Shown here: positions 1-9,709 of the stretch, piece after piece | Layout: every line of letters begins with the position of its first letter | How positions within the stretch are numbered: position 1 is the first letter of the stretch | From: Dehalococcoidia bacterium | Lineage (GTDB): Bacteria > Chloroflexota > Dehalococcoidia > UBA2979 | Assembly (NCBI GenBank): GCA_963667465.2 | Contig: CAXXDN010000001.1 | Location: forward strand, 416,001-480,000 | Direction: 5' to 3' | Length of the DNA stretch: 64,000 nt | Program-made: the position numbers and the translations under genes | Notes under the pieces: model-generated | The model's database searches: none | Seen by the model: only the letters and a program-made list of their open reading frames with translations | What the model was told of the DNA's origin: nothing

Positions 1-116
1 CTCGATCATATCGCGTCGCGTGCTGGCTGCGCGACGGGCGCACCGCCGGTCCGGCTGCGCGACTCCACGGGCACCCGCCATGGAACGATGCGATGTGCTA
101 AAGTGCACACACAACC

Positions 117-431
117 GTGTCATTCCGCAGAAGGGCAGGGCCCGGCGTGATTGAGTTCCACTCGGCGCCGATCGTCGAGACCTGCGATGTCTGCAGGCAC
201 GTGGTCGCGCACGACCTGGACTGCGGCTACGAGCACGGCCGGACGAATGTTGCGACGGCATGGCTCATTGAGGATCTCGCCGACGCCGAGTCGTTGCCAT
301 TGCGCTCGCTCGCGGTCTCAGCAGCAGGCTTCGAGCCCGGCCCGGTGCACCACCTCGAACCCCGCCACTGGTTCTGGGCGATGTGGTACGAGCCGAACAT
401 CCGAATCTCCCTGAGGGGATTCAATCAGTGA
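117..431 (+). CDS. hypothetical protein with CxxC...HxxxC motif
   Basis: 104-aa ORF just after an extended -10-like TGCTAAAGT (96-104); stop overlaps the next GTG; no family recognised. Confidence 0.4.
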   Translation: MSFRRRAGPGVIEFHSAPIVETCDVCRHVVAHDLDCGYEHGRTNVATAWLIEDLADAESLPLRSLAVSAAGFEPGPVHHLEPRHWFWAMWYEPNIRISLRGFNQ

Positions 432-604
432 CCAACCAGCCGCGCATCCGTGACCTCTACAGGGAATACGAACAAGGGCGGATCCCCTTCGAGGACGTCC
501 TTCGAGCTGCGGACCGTGTGCTTGATCGATTCGCGACGGAGCGAGGATCGACTCAGCCCACGGAGTCCCAGACCGAGGCGCCCCGAATCACGCAGCGGGA
601 CTGA
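428..604 (+). CDS. small hypothetical protein (58 aa)
   Basis: GTGA overlap with upstream ORF; helical-looking IRDLYREYEQGRIPFEDVLRAADRVL; convergent with dapB. Confidence 0.45.
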   Translation: MTNQPRIRDLYREYEQGRIPFEDVLRAADRVLDRFATERGSTQPTESQTEAPRITQRD

Positions 605-607
605 CGC

Positions 608-1399
608 CTACGCCAGCCCGATCAGCGCGTCGAGGCCGTAGACGAGGCTTTCGCGCTGCATTACCTCGCGGACGGCGAGCAGCACGCCGGGCATGAACGA
701 GTCGCGGCCCGTCGAGTCGTGGCGCAGCGTCAGCGTCTGGCCCGTGCCGCCGAAGATCACCTCCTGATGCGCCACCAGCCCGGGCAGCCGCACCGAGTGC
801 AGCGCGACGCCGCCGAGCTCCGCGCCGCGCGCACCCTCGACCGCCTCGAGGTCGGAGCTGCGGTGCATGAAGTCGCTGCCGCGCGCCTCGCGCATCAGCT
901 GCGCGGTCGCGACGGCTGTACCCGAGGGCGAGTCGACCTTGCCGTCGTGGTGCAGCTCGATCACCTCGACCGCGTCGAAGTGCGGCGCGGCGAGCGTCGC
1001 GAGGTGCATCAGCACCACCGCGCCGAGGGCGAAGTTGGGCGCGACCACGCCGCCGAGGCCGCGCTCCGCCAGGCGCTCGCGCAACGTCGCGACGAAATCG
1101 TCCGGCTGGCCCGAGGTGCCGATCACGGGCCTGACGCCGTGCGCGAGGCAGGCCCCGGCGAGTGTCGGGGTGAAGGCCGCGTTCGTGAAGTCGACGACCA
1201 CGTCCGGGCTCAGCTCGCCGAGGAGCGCCGCCGGATCCGCGGACAGTGGGTAGCTGGCGCCGCTCGCCGCCTCGATCTCGCCCGTTCCGGCCGCAAGCGG
1301 CTCGATGATGCCGACAGGCTCGGTGTCCTCGGCCGCCTCGAGCGTGGCGAGCACCTGCGCGCCCATGTTGCCGCTTCCGCTGACCACTGCCCGGATCAT
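608..1399 (-). CDS. dapB: 4-hydroxy-tetrahydrodipicolinate reductase
   Basis: N-terminal GSGNMG, VVDFT, VIGTSG, APNFALG, catalytic ELHHDGKVDSPSGTA. Confidence 0.95.
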   Translation of the reverse strand: MIRAVVSGSGNMGAQVLATLEAAEDTEPVGIIEPLAAGTGEIEAASGASYPLSADPAALLGELSPDVVVDFTNAAFTPTLAGACLAHGVRPVIGTSGQPDDFVATLRERLAERGLGGVVAPNFALGAVVLMHLATLAAPHFDAVEVIELHHDGKVDSPSGTAVATAQLMREARGSDFMHRSSDLEAVEGARGAELGGVALHSVRLPGLVAHQEVIFGGTGQTLTLRHDSTGRDSFMPGVLLAVREVMQRESLVYGLDALIGLA

Positions 1400-1506
1400 C
1401 ACCTGCCCCCTGTCCGCATCGCCTGTCCGCCCTGCGCGCCCGCAACGACTGCGCCCCGCCGATTGGGCGGGGCGCAAGTGTAGCGACTCAACTCTGGGCC
1501 TCGGAG

Positions 1507-3963
1507 CTACCAGCGGCGACCGCCGCCGGAACCACCGGAACCACCGGAACTTCCGCGGCTACCGCCATCGCGATTCCCACCGTCGCGGCCTCCGCCGCCA
1601 CCGGAACCACCACGGCCGCCGCCGGAACCACCGCGACCTCGGCCGCCGCCCGGGCCGCCTCGACCGCCGCCGCCGCCCGGGCCGCCTCGACCGCCGCCGC
1701 CACCGGGACCACCACGGCCGCCGCCGCCGCCGGGACCACCGCGACCTCGGCCGCCGCCCGGACCGCCTCGACCGCCACCGCCGCCACCACGGCCGCGGCC
1801 ACCGGCGAAGGCGGGCTCGCGCTCCGGCTCGTCGGCGCCGTCGGCGAGGCCGACGCGCTCGCTGCCGTCGTCACCGTCCTGCAGGCGCGTGAGGTTGATG
1901 CGCCCGAGGTTGTCGATCTCGATCACCTGCACGCGCAGCACGTCGCCCTCGGACACCTCGTCCTCGACACGGTTGACGTGGTAGTCGGCGAGGTCGGAGA
2001 TGTGGACCAGGCCGTCCTTGCCCGGCAGGATCTCGACGAACGCACCGAAGGCCATGATCCGGCTGACGGCGCCCTCGTAGACCTCGCCGACCTCGATCTC
2101 CTTGGTCAGTCCGCGGATCGTGTCGATCGCCTTGCGGACGCCCGCCGCGTCGGTCCCGGCGACCAGCACGGTGCCGTCGTCCTCGACGGTGATGTTCGAG
2201 CCGGTCTCCTCCTGGATGGCATTGATGACCCGGCCGCCGGGGCCGATCACCGTGCCGATCTTCTCGCGGTCGATCTCGATCCGCTCGACGCGCGGCGCGT
2301 ACGGCGACATCTCCTCGCGCGGCTCCGCGATCGCGTCGAGCATCACCTCGAGGATCGTCATGCGCGCCTCGCGCGCTCGCTCGAAGACCGTCTCGAGCAG
2401 CCCATCCGGCAGCGACTGCAGCTTGATGTCGAGCTGTAGCGCCGTGACGCCGCGCTCCGTGCCGGCGACCTTGAAGTCCATGTCGCCGAGGCCGTCCTCG
2501 ATGCCCGCGATGTCCGTGAGCACGCGGTACTCGTCGTCATCGCCGGTGATCAGGCCCATCGCGATGCCCGCGACCGGCGCCGTGATCGGCACGCCCGCGT
2601 CCATCAGCGCCAGCGTCGAGCCGCAGACCGACCCCATCGAGGTCGAGCCGTTCGACATCAGCGCGTCGGAGACGATGCGCAGCGCGTAGGGGAACTCCTC
2701 GCTGTCCGGCAGCACCGGCTCCAGCGCGCGCTCGGCGAGCAGGCCGTGGCCGATCTCGCGGCGGCCGGGGCCGCGCAGGAAGCGCGCTTCGCCGACCGAG
2801 TACGGCGGGAAGTTGTAGTGGTGCATGTAGCGCTTGAACTGCGTCGGCGCGAGCGTGTCGAGGCGCTGCCGGTCGCCGAGCGGACCGAGCGTGGCCACCG
2901 AGAGGATCTGCGTCCCGCCGCGGCGGAACAGCCCACTGCCGTGCGCGCGCGGAAGCAGGCCGACCGAGGAGTGGAGGCCGCGCACCTGCTCGATCTCGCG
3001 ATCGTCGGGGCGCAGGCCGTCATCAAGGATGCGTCGCCGCACCAGCTTCTTGATCTCGTTCTCAACGGCGTTGCGCACGGCGCGGGCGTTCAGCTCCTCG
3101 TCGCCGATCGCCGCGTAGACCTCCTTGCCAAGGGCGTCGACGCCGCGCCAGCCCTCGCCCTGGACCGCGGCCATCATCTCCGCGTCGCGGCCGACGAGCG
3201 CCTCGGCGACGCTCTTCTCCATTTCCGTGTCCGGAGTGGGGGGCTCGAAGGAGGCCTTCTCCTGGCCGAGCGCCTCGGAGATCTCGCGCTGCAGCGCGTT
3301 GAGCTTGGCGATCACGCTCTGGGCGTACTCGATCGCCTCGATCACCTCGGCCTCGGGCACCTCGCTGGCGCCCGCCTCGATCATCACGATCGAGTCTTCG
3401 GTGCCGGCCACGATCAGGTCGAGGTCGGACCCCTCGATCTCCTCGTAGGTGGGCAGCGCCTTGAACTCGCCCTCGACGCGCGCAACGCGCACCGAGGAGA
3501 CCGGGCCCTCGAACGGGATGCTGGAGATGCCCAGCACAGTCGAGGCGGCCGTCGTGCCGAAGACATCGGCCGGGTTCTCGCGGTCGGAGGAGAGCGTGGT
3601 CAGCACCACCTGGATCTCGCGGCGGAAGCCCTTGGGGAAGAGCGGCCGGATCGGGCGGTCCGTCATGCGCGCGGCGAGGATCGCCTCGTTGCCGGGGCGG
3701 CCCTCACGACGGAAGAACGAACCGGGGATCTTCCCGATCGCGTACATCCGCTCCTCGAAGTCGATGGTCAGCGGGAAGAAGTCGATGCCCTCACGCGCAT
3801 CGTCCTCGGCGACGGTTGCGAGGATCATCGTGTCGCCGTAACGGACCGTGCAGGCCGCAGCGGCGTTGAGGGCCAGCAGCCCGACGCCGACGGTGAAGGG
3901 CTTGCCCTCGATCTCCGTGGTAAAGGTTCGTTCTTCGGTCTCAAGTCGTTGGGCGTTGGTCAT
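1507..3963 (-). CDS. pnp: polyribonucleotide nucleotidyltransferase with Gly/Arg-rich C-terminal tail
   Basis: [47 protein letters not shown]; KH and S1 domains. Confidence 0.97.
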   Translation of the reverse strand: MTNAQRLETEERTFTTEIEGKPFTVGVGLLALNAAAACTVRYGDTMILATVAEDDAREGIDFFPLTIDFEERMYAIGKIPGSFFRREGRPGNEAILAARMTDRPIRPLFPKGFRREIQVVLTTLSSDRENPADVFGTTAASTVLGISSIPFEGPVSSVRVARVEGEFKALPTYEEIEGSDLDLIVAGTEDSIVMIEAGASEVPEAEVIEAIEYAQSVIAKLNALQREISEALGQEKASFEPPTPDTEMEKSVAEALVGRDAEMMAAVQGEGWRGVDALGKEVYAAIGDEELNARAVRNAVENEIKKLVRRRILDDGLRPDDREIEQVRGLHSSVGLLPRAHGSGLFRRGGTQILSVATLGPLGDRQRLDTLAPTQFKRYMHHYNFPPYSVGEARFLRGPGRREIGHGLLAERALEPVLPDSEEFPYALRIVSDALMSNGSTSMGSVCGSTLALMDAGVPITAPVAGIAMGLITGDDDEYRVLTDIAGIEDGLGDMDFKVAGTERGVTALQLDIKLQSLPDGLLETVFERAREARMTILEVMLDAIAEPREEMSPYAPRVERIEIDREKIGTVIGPGGRVINAIQEETGSNITVEDDGTVLVAGTDAAGVRKAIDTIRGLTKEIEVGEVYEGAVSRIMAFGAFVEILPGKDGLVHISDLADYHVNRVEDEVSEGDVLRVQVIEIDNLGRINLTRLQDGDDGSERVGLADGADEPEREPAFAGGRGRGGGGGGRGGPGGGRGRGGPGGGGGRGGPGGGGGRGGPGGGGGRGGPGGGRGRGGSGGGRGGSGGGGGRDGGNRDGGSRGSSGGSGGSGGGRRW
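1510..1805 (-). repeat. coding low-complexity repeat (GGRGGPGG-type units) in the pnp tail
   Basis: repeated ccgccgccgcc/cgggccgcctcgacc units on + strand. Confidence 0.85.
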
Positions 3964-4130
3964 GCTCGCCTTCCTCGGGTGCGCGCACGGTGCGGCGCCC
4001 CGCTGGTTCCTGGGTGCTGGTCAATGGAAATGCCGGTCGTGCTCGTTCCCTCTCCCGCGCACGCGGCGCGACAGCGCGCCTCACGCGTGCGATTCGTCGT
4101 GCCGGGGCGGGGAAGGGGTGGCCGGGTGCG

Positions 4131-4397
4131 CTAGCGACGCAGCCCCAGCCTGCCGATGAGCGTGCGGTAACGCCCCACGTCCTTCTTGCTGAGGTAGCGG
4201 AGCTGACGGCGGCGCTGGCCCACTAGCTTGAGGAGGCCGCGCCGCGTGTCGTAGTCGTGCGTATGCGTGCGGAGGTGTTCCGTCAGATGGTTGATGCGAT
4301 CGGTGAGTAGCGCGACCTGCACCTCGGGGGAGCCTGTGTCTCCCTCGTGCGTCTGGTACTCGGCAATCAGATCGCGCTTGTGCTCTATAGGGGTCAT
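4131..4397 (-). CDS. rpsO: 30S ribosomal protein S15
   Basis: [13 protein letters not shown]...[18 protein letters not shown]; rpsO-pnp synteny. Confidence 0.97.
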   Translation of the reverse strand: MTPIEHKRDLIAEYQTHEGDTGSPEVQVALLTDRINHLTEHLRTHTHDYDTRRGLLKLVGQRRRQLRYLSKKDVGRYRTLIGRLGLRR

Positions 4398-4399
4398 GC

Positions 4400-4555
4400 G
4401 TCGGTTCTGGTCTGGTCCTGTTCTGCTTCTCTGTCCACCACGCCTGCACACACGCTCCGGTCTTCCCCGACCGGGCGATAGCCGCTCACTCCCGTTCGGC
4501 GCCTGCCGTCCGGGCCGGGCGCGACTCTCGCGCCCGCGGCTACGCAAACACGCTA
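4400..4555 (-). promoter_or_regulatory. rpsO promoter (extended -10) and structured 5' leader, putative S15 autoregulatory RNA
   Basis: minus-strand TG-G-TAGCGT; 7-bp helix 4536-4542/4479-4485 enclosing two hairpins; further hairpin 4457-4474. Confidence 0.55.
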
Positions 4556-4618
4556 CCACGCAGTTTCGGCGAGGGGCAATGAGGCGGAACGCCGTGTGCT
4601 CGCGACCAGGCGCCGTCG

Positions 4619-5485
4619 CTACGACGACGGGCCCGGACGCAGCCCGCGCGCCGGTGACCGGGCAGGCCGTCGTAACGGCGGCCGCGCAGGCGCCAGCCCG
4701 GCCCACGCACCCAGCCAGTGCCGGATCAGCGGGTAGCCACTACGATGCAGCGCCAGGGTCAGGCCCAGCGCCACGCCGCACACCACCAGCCCTGCGATGC
4801 CATCGAAGATGTAGTGGTTGCCCGTGCCGACCACCGCAACCGACTGCAGCACGAAGGTGACCACCGACGCCCCTCGCAGCCACGGGTTGCGCGTCGCCGC
4901 GAACACCCCGACGGCAAGCAGCAGCGCCCAGCCGACGTGCAGCGACGGCACAGCCGCGAAGGGATTGACGAACGGCTGCAGCGACTGCGCCTGGTACGAG
5001 AGGTTGTCGTAGACCTCGAGCGTGTCGATGAACCCCCACTCGCTCAGGAAGCGGGGTGGAGCGACGGGGTACAGCCAGTAGATCACGAGGGCGATACCGC
5101 CCGAGATCAGGATCGAGTCGCGCGTCAGCGTGTAGGCGCTGCGGCGCTTCCAGAACATCAGCAGCGCAACCCCCACGATGAGCGGGAAGTCCATCCAGAA
5201 GTAGACGAAGTTGAGCGCGCGGCGCAGTAACTCGTACTCCAGCACCCAGGCCTGGAAGGCTGGCTCCACGAAAAGCCCATACGAGTACTGCAGGTTCACG
5301 ATCCAGTGCGCGTTCGCGAAGGCGTCGGCCGTGCGGTCCACCACCGCGCCGCGTACGAGGAAATAGAGCAGGAACCCGAGCGCGACGAGCCCCAGCTCCG
5401 AGGCGTCCCACCAGCTCAGGCCTCTGCGTCTCGGATCGGTCGAGAGGAAAAGGTAGCGCGCAAGACGCGCTCGCAATGCAATCAT
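4619..5485 (-). CDS. PAP2-superfamily (AUR1/IPC-synthase-like) membrane phosphoesterase
   Basis: [27 protein letters not shown] motifs; several TM segments; start uncertain. Confidence 0.8.
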   Translation of the reverse strand: MIALRARLARYLFLSTDPRRRGLSWWDASELGLVALGFLLYFLVRGAVVDRTADAFANAHWIVNLQYSYGLFVEPAFQAWVLEYELLRRALNFVYFWMDFPLIVGVALLMFWKRRSAYTLTRDSILISGGIALVIYWLYPVAPPRFLSEWGFIDTLEVYDNLSYQAQSLQPFVNPFAAVPSLHVGWALLLAVGVFAATRNPWLRGASVVTFVLQSVAVVGTGNHYIFDGIAGLVVCGVALGLTLALHRSGYPLIRHWLGAWAGLAPARPPLRRPARSPARGLRPGPSS

Positions 5486-5616
5486 CGCGATGCCCTGCTC
5501 GTGTGTCCCCCGCCGGCGCGGCTGCGTGCCCTGCCGTGTCATGCCGCGCAGCAATGATAGCGTACCCTCGCGGGCAGGCGTACCCGGCTGTCCCAGGGCT
5601 ACGAAAGGAGCCATCA

Positions 5617-7119
5617 GTGGAGCTCAACGTCACAAGCGGCGACCTGGCGGACCAGCAGGTGGACACGATCGTCGTTGCGCTGCCAGAGGAGACACGCCGC
5701 CTGGGCGGCGCGGCGGCGGCCCTCGACCGGGCGCTCGACGGCGCGATCACCGCGCTGCTGCGCTCCGGCCTGGCGCCGGGCCGCGCGAACCAGGCGACAC
5801 CGGTCGCCACGGGCGGACGCATCCCCGCCGCGCGCGTCGTCGTGCAGGGCCTCGGCAAACGCGACCAGTTGACGCCGGACCGGCTGCGCAACCAGACCGC
5901 CGGCCTGGCGCGCACCCTGCGCGGCCTGGACGCAGGCAGCGTCGCGATCTCCACGCAGGGCGCCGCCCTCGCGACACGCGACGCCGGGGACACCGGCCGC
6001 GTCCTCGCCGAGGCCTTCGAGCTCGGCCTCTACCGCTTCGACCAGCACCGCACCCGCACGCAGGACAAGCCGCGCGGGGCCGTGACGGCGCTGACCATCG
6101 TCGAGACCTCGCGGCGCCGTGCGAACGCAGCGGCGCAGGGCGTGCGCAGCGGAACCATCCTCGCCGAGGCGCAGAACTTCACGCGCGACCTCGCCAACTC
6201 GCCCGCCAACCTGATGACCCCGAGCGACGTCGCCGAGCGCGCCCAGGCGCGCGCCGACGAACTGGGGATCGAGTGCGAGGTGATCGAGCGCGCCGCCGCC
6301 GAGCGGATGGGCATGAACTCCTACCTCTCGGTGGCGCAGGGCTCGCAGCAGCCCCCGAAGTTCATCGTGCTTCGCTATCGCGGCGGGCGTGGCCGCCGCA
6401 GCGTCGGTCTGGTCGGCAAGGGCATCACCTTCGACACGGGCGGCATCTCGCTCAAGCCGCCGGCGAACATGGAGCGCATGAAGGGCGACATGAGCGGCGC
6501 GGCGGCGGTGATCGGCGCGATCGGCGCGATCGCCCGCCTCGAGCCCGCCATCAACGTCACCGCGATCGCCCCCTGCACCGAGAACATGCCGAGCGGCACT
6601 GCGACCAAGCCCGGCGACGTCTTCTACGCGATGGACGGGCAGTCGATCGAGGTGATCAACACGGACGCGGAGGGCCGCCTCGTACTCGCCGACGCCCTCG
6701 CCTATGCGAAGTCGCAGGGCTGCACCCCGCTCGTCGACGTGGCGACGCTGACCGGGGCGATGGCGATCGCGCTCGGCAACGTGCGGATCGGCGTCTTCGC
6801 AAACAACGACCGGCTCTACACCGACCTCGAGCGCGCCGCCGCGGCGTCCGGCGAGAGGCTGTGGCGCTTCCCGCTCGACGACGAGTACGACGAGCAGATC
6901 CGCTCGGACGTGGCGGACATCAAGAACACGGGCGGCCGCGGCGCCGGCTCGATCACGGCCGCGAAGTTCCTGCACCGCTTCGCCGGCAACACGCCCTGGG
7001 CACACTTCGACATCGCCGGCGTCATGGACGCAGACCGCGACCGCGGGGTGCTGGTCAAGGGCAACGCCGGAGCCGCAGCGCGCACGCTCGTGCACTACGT
7101 CCTCAACCGCGCCCGCTGA
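5617..7119 (+). CDS. pepA: leucyl aminopeptidase (M17)
   Basis: VGKGITFDTGG, MKGDMSG, NTDAEGRL; AAAGGAG RBS before GTG 5617. Confidence 0.95.
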   Translation: MELNVTSGDLADQQVDTIVVALPEETRRLGGAAAALDRALDGAITALLRSGLAPGRANQATPVATGGRIPAARVVVQGLGKRDQLTPDRLRNQTAGLARTLRGLDAGSVAISTQGAALATRDAGDTGRVLAEAFELGLYRFDQHRTRTQDKPRGAVTALTIVETSRRRANAAAQGVRSGTILAEAQNFTRDLANSPANLMTPSDVAERAQARADELGIECEVIERAAAERMGMNSYLSVAQGSQQPPKFIVLRYRGGRGRRSVGLVGKGITFDTGGISLKPPANMERMKGDMSGAAAVIGAIGAIARLEPAINVTAIAPCTENMPSGTATKPGDVFYAMDGQSIEVINTDAEGRLVLADALAYAKSQGCTPLVDVATLTGAMAIALGNVRIGVFANNDRLYTDLERAAAASGERLWRFPLDDEYDEQIRSDVADIKNTGGRGAGSITAAKFLHRFAGNTPWAHFDIAGVMDADRDRGVLVKGNAGAAARTLVHYVLNRAR

Positions 7120-7165
7120 GACGCAGCGCGAGGGATCCGCAGCCAGGGCAGGGGGCGCAGCGCCG

Positions 7166-8515
7166 CTACGCGACCTCGCGGGCGCGCTCGACCAGCTCGC
7201 GCAGCGTGGCGATGTCGCGCTTCGTCTCGGGGTCGACCTGGACGGAGCGCTCCATCTTGCTCCAGCCGTGGTGGACCGTGGAGTGGTCGCGGCCTCCGAG
7301 GGTCTGCCCGATCTCCGCGAGCGAGCGATGCGCGAGCTCGCGCATCAGGTACATCGCTAGCTGCCGAGGGTAGGCGACGCGCTTCTCGCGACTCTTGGAG
7401 AGCAGCGCCTCGCGGTCGATCTCGAAATAGCGGCAGACCACGCCCAGGATCGCCTCCGGTGAGGGCGGCAGCCGCGGCTCCGTCGGGTCGAGCGAGGCGA
7501 GCGCGGACTGCACAAGCGCCGGCTCGATCGGCTCGCCGGTGAGGCGCGCGTAGGCGACGACGCGCGTCAGGGAGCCCTCGAGCTCGCGGATGTTGCTGGT
7601 GAAGCGACGCGCGATCACGTGCAGCGCATCGTCGTTGACCCGCACCCGCTGCTCCTCCGCCTTCGAGCGCAGGATCGCGACGCGCGTCTCGAGGTCGGGC
7701 GCCTGGATGTCGGCGATCATCCCCCACTCGAAGCGCGACTTCAGCCGCTCCTCAAGGTCCGGAATCAGCACCGGGCTCTTGTCCGACGTAATCACGATCT
7801 GGCACTCGGACTCGTAGAGCGAGTTGAACGTGTGGAACAGTTCCTCCTGCGTCGCCTCCTTGCCGCCGACGAACTGGATGTCGTCGATCAGCAGCGCGTC
7901 GGCGGAGCGGTAGCGTGCCCGGAACTCCTCCTGCGTGCGCTGCTGGATGGCGGTCACGAGGTCGTTCGTGAACTGCTCCGCCGAGATGTACATGATCTGC
8001 CGCCCGGCGCGAACCAGGCGGTGCCCGATCCCCTGCAGGAGATGCGTCTTGCCGAGGCCTACCGCGCCGTACAGGAACAGCGGGTTGTGCAGCGTGCCGG
8101 GAGAGTCCGCAACGCCCTCGGCGGCGGCGAACGCAAGGCGGTTCCCGGGTCCGACGATGAATGTGTCGAAGACGTAGCGGGTATGCAGCCGGGGGCGGGG
8201 ATAGACGGGCCCGGCCGGCTTGGGCGCACCGCTGCGCTGGAGCAGCGGGGTGTCGTCCGCGGGCGCCTGCAACGGCTCGAAGGCGACCTCCATGGGCCGA
8301 TCGGCGATGTCGGTGAGCGTGCGCACCATCAGCGGCCGAAGCCGCTGCTGCAGCCACTCGGTGACGAATTCCGAGCGCGTGCCGATGATCAGCGCGGAGC
8401 CGTCGACGCGTACGCCCTCGGTGTCCGCGAGCCAGGTTTGATAGTTAGCCTCAGAAACGTGCTGCCGGAGGTAGCGCAGTGCGGACTGCCAAAGCTGCTC
8501 CGGGTCTTGCTGCAC
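7166..8515 (-). CDS. dnaA: chromosomal replication initiator DnaA
   Basis: NPLFLYGAVGLGKTHLL, LLIDDIQF, RLKSRFEWG, NIRELEG, GGRDHSTV; likely GTG start at 8515. Confidence 0.96.
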   Translation of the reverse strand: MQQDPEQLWQSALRYLRQHVSEANYQTWLADTEGVRVDGSALIIGTRSEFVTEWLQQRLRPLMVRTLTDIADRPMEVAFEPLQAPADDTPLLQRSGAPKPAGPVYPRPRLHTRYVFDTFIVGPGNRLAFAAAEGVADSPGTLHNPLFLYGAVGLGKTHLLQGIGHRLVRAGRQIMYISAEQFTNDLVTAIQQRTQEEFRARYRSADALLIDDIQFVGGKEATQEELFHTFNSLYESECQIVITSDKSPVLIPDLEERLKSRFEWGMIADIQAPDLETRVAILRSKAEEQRVRVNDDALHVIARRFTSNIRELEGSLTRVVAYARLTGEPIEPALVQSALASLDPTEPRLPPSPEAILGVVCRYFEIDREALLSKSREKRVAYPRQLAMYLMRELAHRSLAEIGQTLGGRDHSTVHHGWSKMERSVQVDPETKRDIATLRELVERAREVA

Positions 8516-8789
8516 CCTTGTGGCCCTCTCGGCGCTCCAGCGGCGACCCGGCGTAGGCGCGCGCAGGGCGATTGCACCCGGCACGGATGTCAACGGGCAA
8601 TCCACGCGTGTTGGCAAGCACGCGGACTCAACCCTCTGCGCCGCTGTGTCTGTCCAGGGCCAGCCACTCCCTCGCCCCCGCCGATTCTAGTTCCGAGGGT
8701 GGCCCTTGCGTGATTCAATGCCCTTGGCAGACGGCAGGCTAGCGAACCTGCTGCCTCAGCGACAAGCCTGTTATGTGCGAATTGCGTTG

Positions 8790-8843
8790 GATTCCCCACA
8801 CTCCGTGCGGTTCGGACTGTTCTTGGGGTGAACTGTGTATAAT
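8790..8843. promoter_or_regulatory. DnaA box(es) overlapping a TATAAT -10 in the dnaA/coaX divergent region
   Basis: TGTGTATAA at 8834-8842 (= TTATACACA consensus); TATAAT 8838-8843; degenerate TTCCCCACA 8792-8800. Confidence 0.6.
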
Positions 8844-8938
8844 CCGCGGTCCCGCAGCACCGCCAAGCCCGCTCGGCGGCCTCTGCTGGCCCTGCGCGCT
8901 CACGATTAGCCCGCCGCACCAGCACCCGGAGCGACACC

Positions 8939-9709
8939 CTGCTTCTTGCCATCGACATCGGCAACACCAGCGTCGCGATCGGCGCCTACGACGGACCGCG
9001 ACTCGTCCTCCGCTTCCGCGTGCCCAGCGACGCCAACCGTCCCGCCGGCGAATACGAGCGAGAACTCCTCGCCGGCCTCGGCGCTGGCGGCATCGCGCCC
9101 TCGCGGATCGCAGGAGCAGCGCTGTCCTCCACCGTCCCCGCCCTCGAGGCTACCTTCGCAGCGGTCTGTCGCAGCAGCTTCGGCTGCGATCCGCTCGTCG
9201 TCGGCGCCGATACGCAGGCCGGCATCCCGATCCGCTGTGACAACCCGCACGAGATCGGCGCGGACCGCATCCTGCATGCCGTCGCCGCCCTTGCCCGCCA
9301 CGCCCCGCCCCTGATCGTCGTGGACCTGGGGACAGCGCTGGTCGTCGATGCGATTTCCGCGGAGGGCCACTACCTCGGCGGCACGATCGCCCCCGGCATC
9401 GCGATCGCCTCGGAGGCGCTGTTCGAGCGCGCGGCCAAGCTGCCCTCCGTCGCGATCGAGCGCCCGGACATGGCCGGCGTAATCGGCCGCAACACCGAGC
9501 ACTCGATGCAGTCGGGTATCGTGTACGGCTACGCGGAGATGGTGTGCGGCATGGTGCGACGCTTCCAGGCGGAGATCGGCCCGCAGGCGACGGTGATCGC
9601 CACCGGCGGCTATGCCTCCGTGCTTGCCGATGTCGCCTGCTGCATCGACGCCGTTGAGGACGACCTCAACCTCGAGGGCCTGCGCCTGGTCTACGAGGCA
9701 AACCGATGA
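8939..9709 (+). CDS. coaX: type III pantothenate kinase (probable CTG start)
   Basis: LLAIDIGNT, EIGADR, VVDLGTA, GGTIAPG, VIATGG; overlaps coaBC start. Confidence 0.9.
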   Translation: MLLAIDIGNTSVAIGAYDGPRLVLRFRVPSDANRPAGEYERELLAGLGAGGIAPSRIAGAALSSTVPALEATFAAVCRSSFGCDPLVVGADTQAGIPIRCDNPHEIGADRILHAVAALARHAPPLIVVDLGTALVVDAISAEGHYLGGTIAPGIAIASEALFERAAKLPSVAIERPDMAGVIGRNTEHSMQSGIVYGYAEMVCGMVRRFQAEIGPQATVIATGGYASVLADVACCIDAVEDDLNLEGLRLVYEANR

